Source of the DNA: an uncultured delta proteobacterium
GTDB lineage: Bacteria > Desulfobacterota > Binatia > DP-6
Direction of reading: 5' to 3'
NCBI GenBank assembly: GCA_963815115.1
Contig: CAWFFN010000007.1
Location: 64,001-128,000 of the forward strand
Length of the DNA: 64,000 bases
Shown here: in pieces, positions 24,970-35,233 of the stretch
Numbering within the stretch: position 1 is the stretch's first letter
Layout of the letters: the number at the start of each line of letters is the position of its first letter
Made by a program: the position numbers and the translations under genes
The notes under the pieces: generated by a model
What the model was told of the DNA's origin: nothing
The model's database searches: none
Seen by the model: only the letters and a program-made list of their open reading frames with translations

Positions 24970-25970
24970 GCGCGCCCGGCAACGGCTCGGTCGTGGTCAC
25001 CGGCTCGGTGGCCTTCGACTACCTGATGACGTTCCCCGAGCGGTTCCTCGACGTCCTGGTGCCCGATCGCATGCACCGTCTCTCGGTGTCGTTCCGCGTC
25101 GACGACATGCGCCGCGTCCGCGGGGGCTGTGCGCCGAACATCGCCTACAGCCTCGCCCGGCTCGGCGCGCGGCCGGTGATCATGGCGGCGGCCGGGAGCG
25201 ACGCCCGCGACTACCGCGACTGGCTGGCGGACGCGGGCGTGGACGTGTCGCTGCTGCGGCTGCACGACGACGTCTTCACCGCGTCCTTCTTCTGCACCAC
25301 CGACGTCGACCAGAACCAGGTCGGCACCTTCTACTCCGGCGCGATGGACCGCGCCCGCGACCTGAGCTTCCACGACGTCGATCGCGACGGCGTCGCGATG
25401 GCCGTCATCGCGCCGAACGACCCGCAGGCGATGACCCGCTATACCGCGGAGTGCCGCCAGCTCGGCATCCCGTTCATGTACGATCCCAGCCAGCAGGTCG
25501 CGCGCCTCGGCGGCGACGAGCTCCTCGCCGGACTCGAAGGGGCGGCGATCTTCATCGGCAACGAGTACGAGTTCGGCATCATCGAGAAGCGGACCGGCCT
25601 CGACCAGGCCGGCCTGCTGGCGCGGGTGCCCGTGCTCATCGTCACGCATGGCAGCGAGGGATCGACGATCGCGCTGCGCGACGCGACGGCGGGAAGCGCG
25701 CAGTCGATCCGCGTGCCGCCGGCCAGGGTCGAGGCCGGCGAGCTGGATCCGACCGGAGTCGGGGACGCGTATCGCGCCGGCCTGCTGGCCGCCCGCCTGG
25801 CCGGCCTGCCATGGGAGGTGGCCGGTCGCATCGGCAGCATCGCGGCGGTGTATGCGCTCGAGACCATCGGACCGCAGCCGCGGGCCTACTCGCTGGCCGA
25901 GTTCCGTGCTCGCTACGAGGCGAACTTCGGCAGCGCGGACGCGACCCAGCTCGCCCGTCTGGGAGCCTGA
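24966..25970 (+). CDS. PfkB family carbohydrate/nucleoside kinase (adenosine kinase-like)
   Basis: VTGSVAFDYLM, GGCAPNIAY, DPSQQ, NEYE, DPTGVGDAYRAG. Confidence 0.9.
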   Translation: MSAPGNGSVVVTGSVAFDYLMTFPERFLDVLVPDRMHRLSVSFRVDDMRRVRGGCAPNIAYSLARLGARPVIMAAAGSDARDYRDWLADAGVDVSLLRLHDDVFTASFFCTTDVDQNQVGTFYSGAMDRARDLSFHDVDRDGVAMAVIAPNDPQAMTRYTAECRQLGIPFMYDPSQQVARLGGDELLAGLEGAAIFIGNEYEFGIIEKRTGLDQAGLLARVPVLIVTHGSEGSTIALRDATAGSAQSIRVPPARVEAGELDPTGVGDAYRAGLLAARLAGLPWEVAGRIGSIAAVYALETIGPQPRAYSLAEFRARYEANFGSADATQLARLGA

Positions 25971-25991
25971 GCGGCGGCTGGCGAGCCCGCG

Positions 25992-26996
25992 GTGCAGACG
26001 TCGCCCGCGCTGTCGGTGGTCGTGCCGGTCTACGACGAGGTCGCGTGCCTCGACGCGCTCGTGACCGGCCTGCGCACGGTGCTCGACCAGCTCGGCCTGG
26101 CGGCGGAGATCATCGCCGTCGACGACGGCAGCAGCGACGGGAGCTTCGAGCGCCTGGTCGGTCTGCGTGCGACCGAGCCGCGCCTGCGCGTCGTGCGCTT
26201 GCAGCGCAACTACGGCCAGACCGCGGCGCTCGCGGCCGGCATCGGCCTCGCCCGGGCCGAGCGCATCGTGACCCTGGACGCCGATCTGCAGAACGATCCG
26301 CACGACATCCCGCGGCTCCTCGCCGCGCTCGACGACGACGTCGACCTCGTCAACGGCTGGCGGCGGGAGCGGCAGGATCCCTGGCTGAGTCGCCGGCTGC
26401 CGTCGCAGATCGCGAATCGCATCATCTCGTGGGTGACGGGCACCAGGCTGCACGACTACGGGTGCACGCTCCGCGTGATGCGTGCCGGATTCGCCAAGGA
26501 GCTCCAGCTCTACGGCGAGCTCCACCGGTTCATCCCCGCTCTCGCGGCGGACCTGGGCGCGCGCGTGACGGAGCTCCCGGTGGCGCACCGGCCGCGCACG
26601 CTGGGGCGCTCCAAGTACGGCCTCTCGCGCACGCTCCGCGTGATGCTCGACCTGCTGACGGTGAAGTTTCTCTCCGGGTTCGCCACCCGCCCGATCCAGC
26701 TCTTCGGGCTCATGGGGCTCGGTCTCGCGGTCCCCGGACTGCTGCTCGCCGGGTTCCTCGGGTTCGAGCGCATCGTGCTCGGCGTGCGCCTCGCCGGGCG
26801 TCCGATCGTGCTGCTCGCGATTCTGCTCGCCGTGCTCGGCGTGCAGCTGATCTCGATCGGTCTCCTCGGCGAGATGATGGTGCGCACGTATCACGAGTCG
26901 CAGGGCAAGCCGATCTTCCGCGTGCGCGAGATCGTCGAAGGAGGTGTGCCCGAATTGACTTCCACCAGACCCGCCGCTAATCCTGCCGGCCTATGA
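25992..26996 (+). CDS. Glycosyltransferase family 2 (ArnC/GtrB-like, C-terminal TMs)
   Basis: VDDGSSD, RNYGQTAA, DADLQNDP, HDYGC, YGELHRFIP, SKYG. Confidence 0.9.
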   Translation: MQTSPALSVVVPVYDEVACLDALVTGLRTVLDQLGLAAEIIAVDDGSSDGSFERLVGLRATEPRLRVVRLQRNYGQTAALAAGIGLARAERIVTLDADLQNDPHDIPRLLAALDDDVDLVNGWRRERQDPWLSRRLPSQIANRIISWVTGTRLHDYGCTLRVMRAGFAKELQLYGELHRFIPALAADLGARVTELPVAHRPRTLGRSKYGLSRTLRVMLDLLTVKFLSGFATRPIQLFGLMGLGLAVPGLLLAGFLGFERIVLGVRLAGRPIVLLAILLAVLGVQLISIGLLGEMMVRTYHESQGKPIFRVREIVEGGVPELTSTRPAANPAGL

Positions 26997-28312
26997 AGAT
27001 CTGCGTGGTCGGGACCGGCTACGTCGGGCTGGTGGCCGGGACCTGCTTCGCAGAGAGCGGCAACGACGTGGTCTGCGTGGACAACGTCGCGACCAAGGTC
27101 GAGGCGCTGCGGCAGGGCAAGGTGCCGATCTACGAGCCCGGCCTCGAGGAGCTCATCCGGCGCAACGTGACCGAAGGCCGGCTGAGCTTCAGCACCGATC
27201 TCGCCGCGCCGGTGCGCAGCAGCGTCGCGTGCTTCATCGCCGTCGGCACCCCGGAGCTCCCCGACGGCTCGGCCGATCTGGGCGCCGTGCTCGCGGTCGC
27301 ACGCGGCATCGCGCAGTCGATGGACGGCTACCGCGTCGTGGTCACCAAGAGCACCGTGCCGGTCGGGACCCATCGCAGGATCCGCGAGCAGATGGAGCCC
27401 ATCGCGCGCCACGGCTTCGACGTCGTGTCGAATCCGGAGTTCATGAAGGAGGGCGCGGCGATCGAGGATTTCATGAAGCCCGACCGGGTGGTGATCGGTG
27501 CCGCTTCGCCCGAGGCGTTCAAGGTGATGCGCGAGGTCTACGAGCCGTTCGTCCGCACCGGCGCTCCCATCATCGAGATGGACAACGCGAGCGCGGAGAT
27601 GACGAAGTATGCCGCCAACGCGCTCCTCGCGACGCGCATCTCGTTCATGAACGAGATCGCCAACCTGTGCGAGCGCGTCGGCGCCGACGTCGATCAGGTG
27701 CGCCGCGGCGTCGGACACGACCGGCGCATCGGGCATCACTTCCTCTTCCCCGGCGTCGGCTACGGCGGGTCGTGCTTCCCGAAGGACGTGCAGGCGGTGA
27801 TCCACACCGCGATCGAGAACGGGATGCGGTTTCCGCTCCTCAACGCGGTGGAGGAGGTCAACGACGCGCAGAAGCGCAGGCTGGTCGAGAAGGTGGTCGC
27901 GGAGTTCGGCGAACGCCTCGCCGGCCGGCGCTTCGCCGTGTGGGGCCTGGCCTTCAAGCCGAGGACCGACGACATGCGCGAGGCGCCGTCGATCACCGTG
28001 ATCAACGGCCTGCTCGAGCGCGGTGCGACCGTCGCGGTGCACGATCCCGAAGCCCTCGCACAGGCGCGCCAGGTGTTCGGCGATCGGGTGAGCTACCACC
28101 GGGTGAACTACGAGGCGCTCGAGGGCGCGGACGCGCTGCTCATCATCACGGAGTGGAACGAGTTCCGCCGCCCCGACTTCCCGCGCATGAAGCAGCTGCT
28201 CAAGCGGCCGATCATCCTCGACGGGCGCAACCTGTACGATCCCGAGGTCATGCGGCAGCATGGCTTCACCTACCTGCCGATGGGCCGCACGCCGGTGCGG
28301 GTGGCGGGCTAG
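26993..28312 (+). CDS. ugd: UDP-glucose 6-dehydrogenase
   Basis: GTGYVGL, PIYEPGL, KSTVPVGT, SNPEF, GYGGSCFPKD, FKPRTDDMRE. Confidence 0.95.
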   Translation: MKICVVGTGYVGLVAGTCFAESGNDVVCVDNVATKVEALRQGKVPIYEPGLEELIRRNVTEGRLSFSTDLAAPVRSSVACFIAVGTPELPDGSADLGAVLAVARGIAQSMDGYRVVVTKSTVPVGTHRRIREQMEPIARHGFDVVSNPEFMKEGAAIEDFMKPDRVVIGAASPEAFKVMREVYEPFVRTGAPIIEMDNASAEMTKYAANALLATRISFMNEIANLCERVGADVDQVRRGVGHDRRIGHHFLFPGVGYGGSCFPKDVQAVIHTAIENGMRFPLLNAVEEVNDAQKRRLVEKVVAEFGERLAGRRFAVWGLAFKPRTDDMREAPSITVINGLLERGATVAVHDPEALAQARQVFGDRVSYHRVNYEALEGADALLIITEWNEFRRPDFPRMKQLLKRPIILDGRNLYDPEVMRQHGFTYLPMGRTPVRVAG

Positions 28313-28321
28313 GCGTCCGCC

Positions 28322-29257
28322 GTGCCGCGCGTACTCATCACCGGTGGGGCCGGATTCATCGGCTCGCACCTCTGCGAGCGCTTCCTGGCCGAGGGGGACG
28401 ACGTCATCTGCATCGACAACTTCCTCACCGGTACGCCCGACAACATCGCGCACCTGTTCTCGAACCGGCGCTTCACGTTCATCCAGCAGGACGTGACCAC
28501 CTACATCTACGTGAAGGGTCCGGTGGACGCGATCCTGCACTTCGCCTCGCCGGCGAGTCCCGTCGACTACCTGGAGCTGCCGATCCAGACGCTCAAGGTC
28601 GGATCGCTCGGTACCCACAAGGCGCTCGGGCTGGCGAAGGAGAAGAACGCACGCTTTCTCCTCGCGAGCACGTCGGAGTGCTATGGCGACCCGCTGGTCC
28701 ACCCGCAGAACGAGGACTACTGGGGCAACGTCAACCCGATCGGGCCGCGAGGCGTCTACGACGAGGCCAAGCGCTTCGCCGAGGCGATGACCATGGCCTA
28801 TCACCGCACCCACGGCATCCAGACCCGCATCGTCCGCATCTTCAACACGCACGGTCCGCGGATGCGCCTGAACGACGGCCGCGTGGTCCCGAACTTCATC
28901 GCCCAGGCCTTGCGCGGCGAGCCGATGACGGTGTACGGCGACGGCTCGCAGACCCGCAGCTTCTGCTACGTCTCCGATCTGGTGGACGGCATCGTGCGGC
29001 TCCTGCGCTCGGACTACGCCGACGGCCCGGTCAACTGCGGCAACCCCACCGAGGTCACGATCCTGCAGTTCGCCGAGCGCATCAAGGCGCTGACCGGGTC
29101 GAAGAGCGAGATCGTGCGCCGGCCGCTGCCGGTGGACGACCCCAAGCAGCGGCAGCCCGACATCACGCGCGCCCGGACCCTCCTCGGCTGGGAGCCGAAG
29201 GTCGGGCTCGAGGAGGGGCTGCGCCACACCATCGACTACTTCCGCGACAAGGTATGA
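28322..29257 (+). CDS. UDP-glucuronic acid decarboxylase (UDP-xylose synthase) family
   Basis: [58 protein letters not shown]. Confidence 0.92.
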   Translation: MPRVLITGGAGFIGSHLCERFLAEGDDVICIDNFLTGTPDNIAHLFSNRRFTFIQQDVTTYIYVKGPVDAILHFASPASPVDYLELPIQTLKVGSLGTHKALGLAKEKNARFLLASTSECYGDPLVHPQNEDYWGNVNPIGPRGVYDEAKRFAEAMTMAYHRTHGIQTRIVRIFNTHGPRMRLNDGRVVPNFIAQALRGEPMTVYGDGSQTRSFCYVSDLVDGIVRLLRSDYADGPVNCGNPTEVTILQFAERIKALTGSKSEIVRRPLPVDDPKQRQPDITRARTLLGWEPKVGLEEGLRHTIDYFRDKV

Positions 29258-30180
29258 AGGTCCTGGTCACCGGTGGCGCGGGCTTCATCGCCTCGCACGT
29301 GGTCGACGCCTACCTGGCGGCGGGTCACGAGGTGGTGGTGGTCGACAACCTGTGCACCGGCAAGCGCGAGAACCTGAATCCCCGGGCGCGCTTCCACGAG
29401 CTCGACATTCTCGACCCGAGGACCGCCGACCTGATCCGTGCCGAGCGTCCGGACGTGCTGAACCACCACGCGGCGCAGATGGACGTGCGGCGCTCGGTGG
29501 CCGACCCGCTCTTCGACGCGCGCACGAACATCCTCGGCACCATCACGCTGCTCGAGGCGGCACGCCAGGCCGGGGTCCGCAAGGTGCTCTTCGTCTCGTC
29601 GGGTGGTGCCGCCTACGGCGAGCAGGAGACGTTCCCCGCGCCGGAGACGCATCCCACGTGGCCGGTCAGCCCGTACGGCGTGAGCAAGCGCTCCGGCGAG
29701 CTCTACTGTCACTTCTTCCAGGCCGAGTACGGCATGCCCTTCGTCGCCTTTCGCTACGCCAACGTCTACGGTCCGCGTCAGGACCCGCACGGCGAGGCGG
29801 GGGTGGTGGCGATCTTCAGCGGCCGGATGTTGCGGGGCGAGCCCGTGACGGTGAACGGCGACGGCACGCAGACGCGCGACTACGTGTTCGTCGGCGACGT
29901 GGCCCGCATGAGCCTGCTCGCGCTCGAGCGTGACGCCACCGGGCCCGTGAACATCGGCACCGGGCGGGAGACCGACGTGAACCAGCTGGCCGCGACCCTG
30001 CTCGAGGTCTCGGGCAGCCGGTCCGAGGTCCGCCACGGGCCGGCGAAGGGGGGCGAGCAGCGTCGCAGCGTGATCGACGTCCGGCGCGCCGCCGAGCTCT
30101 TCGGCTGGACGCCCGAGGTGTCGCTGCGCGACGGCCTCGCGCGCACGGTCGAGTTCTTCCGCGCGCGCGTCTCCGGGTAG
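29254..30180 (+). CDS. NAD-dependent epimerase (UDP-glucose 4-epimerase-like)
   Basis: [54 protein letters not shown]. Confidence 0.92.
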   Translation: MKVLVTGGAGFIASHVVDAYLAAGHEVVVVDNLCTGKRENLNPRARFHELDILDPRTADLIRAERPDVLNHHAAQMDVRRSVADPLFDARTNILGTITLLEAARQAGVRKVLFVSSGGAAYGEQETFPAPETHPTWPVSPYGVSKRSGELYCHFFQAEYGMPFVAFRYANVYGPRQDPHGEAGVVAIFSGRMLRGEPVTVNGDGTQTRDYVFVGDVARMSLLALERDATGPVNIGTGRETDVNQLAATLLEVSGSRSEVRHGPAKGGEQRRSVIDVRRAAELFGWTPEVSLRDGLARTVEFFRARVSG

Positions 30181-30187
30181 CGCCCGG

Positions 30188-30757
30188 GTGCCCCGGACCG
30201 CGAGCCCGCGCAACCCGTTCGTCCGCTCGATCGCGCTGGTCCTCGGGGTCACGCGGCGGGTGCGCGCCCGCGCGGCACTGATCGGCGGCTTCGCGCTGCC
30301 CTTCCACGGCGTGCAGCGGGCGACGGGCGACGTGGACTTCCTCCTCGACCTCGAGGCGGCGGATGCCTTGCACGAGGCGCTGGTCGCGGCCGGAGCACGG
30401 TGCCTGCACCGGAGCGAGGACGCCGCGAACTACTCCGCGGGCAGGGGGCTGGCCGCGGTGGACTTCATCTACGCGCGTCGCGAACGTGCGCGAGAGATGC
30501 TCCGGCGGGCACGACCGATGCTGCTTCGAGGCGCACGCCTCCGCGTCCCGGTGGTCGATGCCGAAGCCCTGATCGGACTCAAACTCCAGGCACTGGTGAA
30601 CGCGCCGGAGCGGCGAGCCCAGGATCGAGCCGACATCGCCGCGCTCTTCGCGACCAAGCGAGATTCGCTGAACACCGATCTGCTGCGCGACTACTACCGC
30701 CTCTTCGGATTGGAGTCCGAGCTCGACCGGTTGCTCGCCGAGATGAAGAGCGGATAG
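30188..30757 (+). CDS. Pol-beta-fold nucleotidyltransferase (AbiEii/MenT-like putative toxin)
   Basis: IGGFAL..HG..RATGDVDF (GG...DxD), VDFI, LIGLKLQA, R..QD.AD. Confidence 0.75.
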   Translation: MPRTASPRNPFVRSIALVLGVTRRVRARAALIGGFALPFHGVQRATGDVDFLLDLEAADALHEALVAAGARCLHRSEDAANYSAGRGLAAVDFIYARRERAREMLRRARPMLLRGARLRVPVVDAEALIGLKLQALVNAPERRAQDRADIAALFATKRDSLNTDLLRDYYRLFGLESELDRLLAEMKSG

Positions 30758-30769
30758 GCTCGGACGTCG

Positions 30770-30946
30770 ATGGGTCCTCGAGAGCCGATCGCCGCCGGCG
30801 ACGTCCCCGATCAGGCTCGTCTGCGTCCCAGGGAAGCCGTACGCAACCTCGACGAGTTCCTCGAGTTCCTGGGCTGGATCGAGGGGGCATTCGGCCGGAC
30901 CAAGCCCTCCGAGCGCCTCGCCACCGGGGAGCACTTCCGGCTCTGA
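30770..30946 (+). CDS. 58-aa hypothetical protein, putative partner/antitoxin of the nucleotidyltransferase
   Basis: ATG 30770 to TGA 30946: MGPREPIAAGDVPDQARLRPREAVRNLDEFLEFLGWIEGAFGRTKPSERLATGEHFRL; absent from the ORF track (too short); amphipathic LDEFLEFL helix. Confidence 0.6.
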   Translation: MGPREPIAAGDVPDQARLRPREAVRNLDEFLEFLGWIEGAFGRTKPSERLATGEHFRL

Positions 30947-30970
30947 GATTCGGCTAGGCGGTGCGCTACA

Positions 30971-31006
30971 GGGCTCGCCCGCACCGTCGACTTCTTCCGG
31001 ACACGC
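30971..31006 (+). repeat. Diverged duplicate of the epimerase 3' end (30133-30168); att-like scar
   Basis: Encodes GLARTVDFFRTR versus [12 protein letters not shown]; in the first 10 codons all 5 mismatches are at third positions. Confidence 0.7.
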
Positions 31007-31118
31007 GGCCGGCCGAGCCGGCCGACGACGGCGACCAGGAGGTACTCCACGGATCCCGCTCTCCCGGCCGCCAAGCCTGGTCCCCTCGGCGGGCGGGTGC
31101 AAGGTGACGGGCATGTGC

Positions 31119-31147
31119 TTGCGGACATCCGGCGGCGCCCGTAAGGT
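31119..31147 (+). promoter_or_regulatory. Putative sigma70 promoter for lepA
   Basis: TTGCGG-N17-TAAGGT, about 30 nt upstream of the lepA start. Confidence 0.45.
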
Positions 31148-31176
31148 CGGCCGACGCTGGCCCCGGGAGGCCACTT

Positions 31177-32976
31177 CTGGACACCGCGCGCATCCGCAAC
31201 TTCTCGATCATCGCCCACATCGATCACGGCAAGTCGACGCTCGCCGACCGCCTGCTCGAGCGGACCGGGACGGTGTCGAAGCGCGAGATGTCGTCGCAGT
31301 TCCTCGACGACATGGACCTCGAGCGCGAGCGCGGCATCACCATCAAGGCGCGCTCGGTGCGGCTCGCCTACCGTGCGCGCGACGGCCAGGACTACGTGCT
31401 GAACCTGATCGACACCCCCGGGCACGTGGACTTCACGTACGAGGTCTCGCGCAGCCTGGCGGCCTGCGAGGGCGCCATCCTGGTGGTCGACGCCTCGCAA
31501 GGGGTGCAGGCGCAGACCATGGCGAACGTCTACCTCGCGCTCGAGCACGACCACGCCATCATCCCGGTGCTGAACAAGATCGATCTGCCGAGCGCCGATC
31601 CCGAGCTCGCCCGGCGCGAGATCGAGGAGGCCATCGGTCTCGATGCTTCCGGCGCCATCCTCGCCAGCGCGAAGGAGGGCATCGGCACGGACGAGATCCT
31701 CGAGGCGATCGTGCACCAGATCCCGCCGCCCCAGGGCGATGCCGAGGCGCCGACGCGGGCGCTGATCTTCGACTCCTGGTTCGATCCCTACCACGGCGCC
31801 GTGGTGCTGATCCGCGTCATGGACGGCACGCTCCGCAAGGGCCAGCGCATCCGGCTCATGGCCGTGGGCAAGGAGTTCACGGTGACGCGCCTGTGCGTGC
31901 TGGCGCCGCGCGCCGTGGAGGTGGCGGAGCTGGGCCCGGGAGAGGTGGGCATCCTGTCGGCGGCCATCAAGGAGGTGGCCGACACGCGGATCGGCGATAC
32001 GGTGACGGACGCCGAGCGGCCGGCGGCGGAGCCGCTGCCTGGCTTCCGGCCAGTGAAGCCGATGGTCTTCAGCGGGCTCTATCCCGCCGAGTCGGCGCAG
32101 TACGACGCGCTCCGGGACGCGGTGGAGAAGCTCCGGCTGAACGATTCGTCGTTCAGCTACGAGCCCGAGACGTCGCTCGCGCTCGGCTTCGGCTTCCGCT
32201 GCGGGTTCCTCGGCCTGCTCCACATGGAGATCATCCAGGAGCGCCTCGAGCGCGAGTTCGCCCTCTCCCTCATCACGACCGCCCCGACGGTCGCGTATCG
32301 CGTCGTGCAGACCGATGGCACCGCGATCGTCATCGACAGCCCGGCGAAGCTGCCGCCGCCGATGCGCGTGGAGCACATCGAGGAGCCCTACATCAGGGCC
32401 ACCATCCACCTGCCGATCGAGTACCTGGGCAACGTGCTCCAGCTCTGCCAGGACCGGCGCGGCGAGCAGAAGGAGCTCAAGATCATCGCGGAGACGCGGG
32501 CCATGCTCACCTACGAGCTGCCGCTGACCGAGGTCGTGGTCGACTTCTACGACAAGCTCAAGTCCTTCACCAAGGGGTATGCCTCGATGGACTACGAGTA
32601 CCTCGACTTCCGGCCCTCGAACCTGGTGAAGCTCGATCTGCTGATCAACGGCGACCCGGTGGACGCGATGGCGGTGATCGTCCACCGCGACAACGCCTAC
32701 CTCCGCGGGCGGGACCTCTGCCAGCGGCTGCGCGGCTTGATCCCGCGGCAGATGTTCGAGGTGGTGATCCAGGCGTCGATCGGCGCGAAGGTGATCGCGC
32801 GCGAGACGGTCAAGGCGATGCGCAAGAACGTGACGGCGAAGTGCTACGGCGGGGACATCACCCGCAAGCGCAAGCTCCTCGAACGTCAGAAGGAAGGCAA
32901 GAAGCGCATGAAGCAGGTCGGGCGCGTCGAGATCCCGCAGGAGGCGTTCCTCGCGGTGCTGAAGGGTGGCGAGTGA
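31177..32976 (+). CDS. lepA: Translation factor LepA/EF-4 (CTG start)
   Basis: GGGAGG-N6-CTG then [24 protein letters not shown]; [33 protein letters not shown]; 599 aa from the CTG. Confidence 0.96.
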   Translation: MDTARIRNFSIIAHIDHGKSTLADRLLERTGTVSKREMSSQFLDDMDLERERGITIKARSVRLAYRARDGQDYVLNLIDTPGHVDFTYEVSRSLAACEGAILVVDASQGVQAQTMANVYLALEHDHAIIPVLNKIDLPSADPELARREIEEAIGLDASGAILASAKEGIGTDEILEAIVHQIPPPQGDAEAPTRALIFDSWFDPYHGAVVLIRVMDGTLRKGQRIRLMAVGKEFTVTRLCVLAPRAVEVAELGPGEVGILSAAIKEVADTRIGDTVTDAERPAAEPLPGFRPVKPMVFSGLYPAESAQYDALRDAVEKLRLNDSSFSYEPETSLALGFGFRCGFLGLLHMEIIQERLEREFALSLITTAPTVAYRVVQTDGTAIVIDSPAKLPPPMRVEHIEEPYIRATIHLPIEYLGNVLQLCQDRRGEQKELKIIAETRAMLTYELPLTEVVVDFYDKLKSFTKGYASMDYEYLDFRPSNLVKLDLLINGDPVDAMAVIVHRDNAYLRGRDLCQRLRGLIPRQMFEVVIQASIGAKVIARETVKAMRKNVTAKCYGGDITRKRKLLERQKEGKKRMKQVGRVEIPQEAFLAVLKGGE

Positions 32977-33003
32977 AGCACCCCTCGTCTATGATCGAGG
33001 GCC

Positions 33004-33678
33004 ATGCCTGAGTCGGAGGCTCGGCGACGGGAGGCCGTCGCGGGCGTGCCCGCGACCCTGCCAAAGCGCAAGTCGCACCTTCGCGAGTACGTCGAGGCGC
33101 TCGCCGTCGCCCTCCTGCTCGCGCTCGGGATCCGGACCTTCGTGGTGCAGGCGTTCAAGATCCCCTCCGGCTCGATGCTGCCGACCCTCCAGATCGGCGA
33201 CCACATCCTGGTGAACAAGTTCCTCTACGGACCCCGTCTGGAGATCCCGCTGACCCAGATGTCGCTCGGGCGGCTGCCCGGGCTGCGCAAGCCGCGCCCC
33301 GGGGACGTGGTCGTGTTCATCTGGCCGAAGGACCGTTCCAAGGACTTCATCAAGCGGGTCATCGCGGTCGAGGGCCAGACGATCGAGGTGCGCAACCGCC
33401 AGGTCTTCATCGACGGCAAGCCGTGGGACGATCCCCACGCCACCTGGGTCATGCAGCGTGGTCTGGGCGGGGCGGCGGGCGACAACTACGGCCCTTACAC
33501 GGTGCCGGCGGACCACGTCTTCGTCATGGGGGACAACCGCGACCAGAGCTACGACTCGCGGTTCTGGGGTCCGGTGCCCATCGCGGACATCAAGGGCGAG
33601 GCGCTGGTGATCTACTGGTCCTGGGACGGCCCGGACCGGTGGGTGCGCTGGGAACGGCTCGGACGCCTGGTCTACTAG
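33004..33678 (+). CDS. lepB: Signal peptidase I
   Basis: IPSGSMLPTL, GDHILVNK, FIKRVI, MGDNRDQSYDSRFWG. Confidence 0.95.
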   Translation: MPESEARRREAVAGVPATLPKRKSHLREYVEALAVALLLALGIRTFVVQAFKIPSGSMLPTLQIGDHILVNKFLYGPRLEIPLTQMSLGRLPGLRKPRPGDVVVFIWPKDRSKDFIKRVIAVEGQTIEVRNRQVFIDGKPWDDPHATWVMQRGLGGAAGDNYGPYTVPADHVFVMGDNRDQSYDSRFWGPVPIADIKGEALVIYWSWDGPDRWVRWERLGRLVY

Positions 33679-33686
33679 TAACGCGG

Positions 33687-34511
33687 ATGTCGGCGGCGCG
33701 GGACGAGTGGCAGGCGGTCGCGGAGGGCTGGCGTCGCTGGGAGCCGATGTTCCAGTCGTTCTCGTGGCCCCTGGCGCTGCGCATGGCGGCGGTGGCGGAG
33801 ATCGGCAGCGCGCAGCGGGTGCTCGACGTGGGCTGCGGCATCGGCGACCCGACGCTCCAGGTGGCCGTGCTCGTCGGGCCGCACGGTCGGGTGCTCGGGC
33901 TCGACATCGCAGAGGAGATGATCGCCATCGCGCGCGAGCGCGCGGCGGTCCTCGGCCTCACGCACGCCGAGTTCCGCGTCGAGGACGTCACCACCGCCGC
34001 GCTTCCCGAAGCCTCGTTCGATGCCGTCCTCGGTCGCTGGAGCCTCATCTACCTGGAGGACGTGCCGCGGGTGCTCGAACGCCTGCGCGGCTGCCTCGTC
34101 CCGGGTGGTCGTATCGCGGTGACGGCCTGGGCGCCCCCCGAGGTGAACCCGTGGTTCACCGTGCCCCATCAGGCGCTCGCACGGGTCCGCGCGACCCGTG
34201 TGCCCGACCCGAGCGTCCCCGGCGTGTTCCACCTCTCGAGCGACGGCGCGCTGGCGCGCGCGCTCGTCGGCGCCGGCTTCCAAACCGTCGGCCAGGAGCG
34301 GGTCGTGCTCTCGCAGCTGGCGTACGATGGCGCCGGGTTCTGGCGCATGATGACCGACACCGCCGGACCGCTGGCCCCGCTCATCGAAGGCCTCGCGCCG
34401 GCCGAGCGCGAGGCGGTCGCGGCGGACGTCGCGGGACGCCTCGAGCGCTACCGGGCCGGGGACGTGCTGCGGATTCCCGCCCAGGCGCAGCTCGCGTGGG
34501 GCAGGGCGTAA
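33687..34511 (+). CDS. Class I SAM-dependent methyltransferase (UbiE-like)
   Basis: VLDVGCGIG, GLDIAEEM, SFDAV, LVPGGR. Confidence 0.85.
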   Translation: MSAARDEWQAVAEGWRRWEPMFQSFSWPLALRMAAVAEIGSAQRVLDVGCGIGDPTLQVAVLVGPHGRVLGLDIAEEMIAIARERAAVLGLTHAEFRVEDVTTAALPEASFDAVLGRWSLIYLEDVPRVLERLRGCLVPGGRIAVTAWAPPEVNPWFTVPHQALARVRATRVPDPSVPGVFHLSSDGALARALVGAGFQTVGQERVVLSQLAYDGAGFWRMMTDTAGPLAPLIEGLAPAEREAVAADVAGRLERYRAGDVLRIPAQAQLAWGRA

Positions 34512-34527
34512 CCGGCGTCCGGGCCGA

Positions 34528-34935
34528 TCAGGGCACCAGCTCGAGCGCCGCGACGTGGCGCGGGCGCACCGCGCCGAAATGCCGCCGATCGGTGGTGGCC
34601 ACGACCCGCACGCGGAGCCGCTCGCTCACGGCCACCAGCGATGCGTCGACGAACCCGATCTGGGGGTACTCGTCGAGCAGGACCCGACACCGCTCGACGT
34701 CGCTCCCCGTGACCTGCTCGAGGCCGATCTCACCCGCGGCGAGCGAGGCGACGAACAGGCGTTCGGCGTCCGGTCCGAGTCGGGCGGCCAGCAGATAGGT
34801 CACCTCGGGCACCACGGTGATCGGGGCGATGAGCGGTTCGGACGTCCTCTCGAGCCAGGTGCGGACGCGCGCGTGCCACGCATCTCCCGCGTCGGCGGCA
34901 GCGTACAGGATCCCCGTGTCGACGATGACCGGCAT
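34528..34935 (-). CDS. vapC: PIN-domain toxin
   Basis: VIVDTG, VPEVTYLL, GFVDASLVA, ATTDRRHF. Confidence 0.9.
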   Translation of the reverse strand: MPVIVDTGILYAAADAGDAWHARVRTWLERTSEPLIAPITVVPEVTYLLAARLGPDAERLFVASLAAGEIGLEQVTGSDVERCRVLLDEYPQIGFVDASLVAVSERLRVRVVATTDRRHFGAVRPRHVAALELVP

Positions 34936-35231
34936 CAGCGCCGGCGCCTTGCCGTGGCCGCGACCGCCTTGACCCGCGTGCGGGCGCGCGGGCCGGGCGT
35001 GGGCTCCGGGCTGGCGAAGAGCAGCTCCTCGTGGCGCTCGGCGGTATCGCCGTGGCCGCTGCGCCCAACCGCGACGAAGCGCAGCGGACGGCGCGCCGTC
35101 GCCTTCTGCCGTGCTACGTAGTCGGTGATCGCCTCCCGGATCATGTCGGCGACGGGGCGACGCTGCTGGCGCGCGAGCGCCTTCAAGTCGCATTCGGTCG
35201 CTTCGTGCAGGAAGACCGTCGTGCGCTTCAT
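34935..35231 (-). CDS. vapB: Ribbon-helix-helix (CopG-like) antitoxin
   Basis: MKRTTVFL..LKALARQQRRPVADMIREAI; TGATG overlap with the PIN gene. Confidence 0.85.
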   Translation of the reverse strand: MKRTTVFLHEATECDLKALARQQRRPVADMIREAITDYVARQKATARRPLRFVAVGRSGHGDTAERHEELLFASPEPTPGPRARTRVKAVAATARRRR

Positions 35232-35233
35232 AT

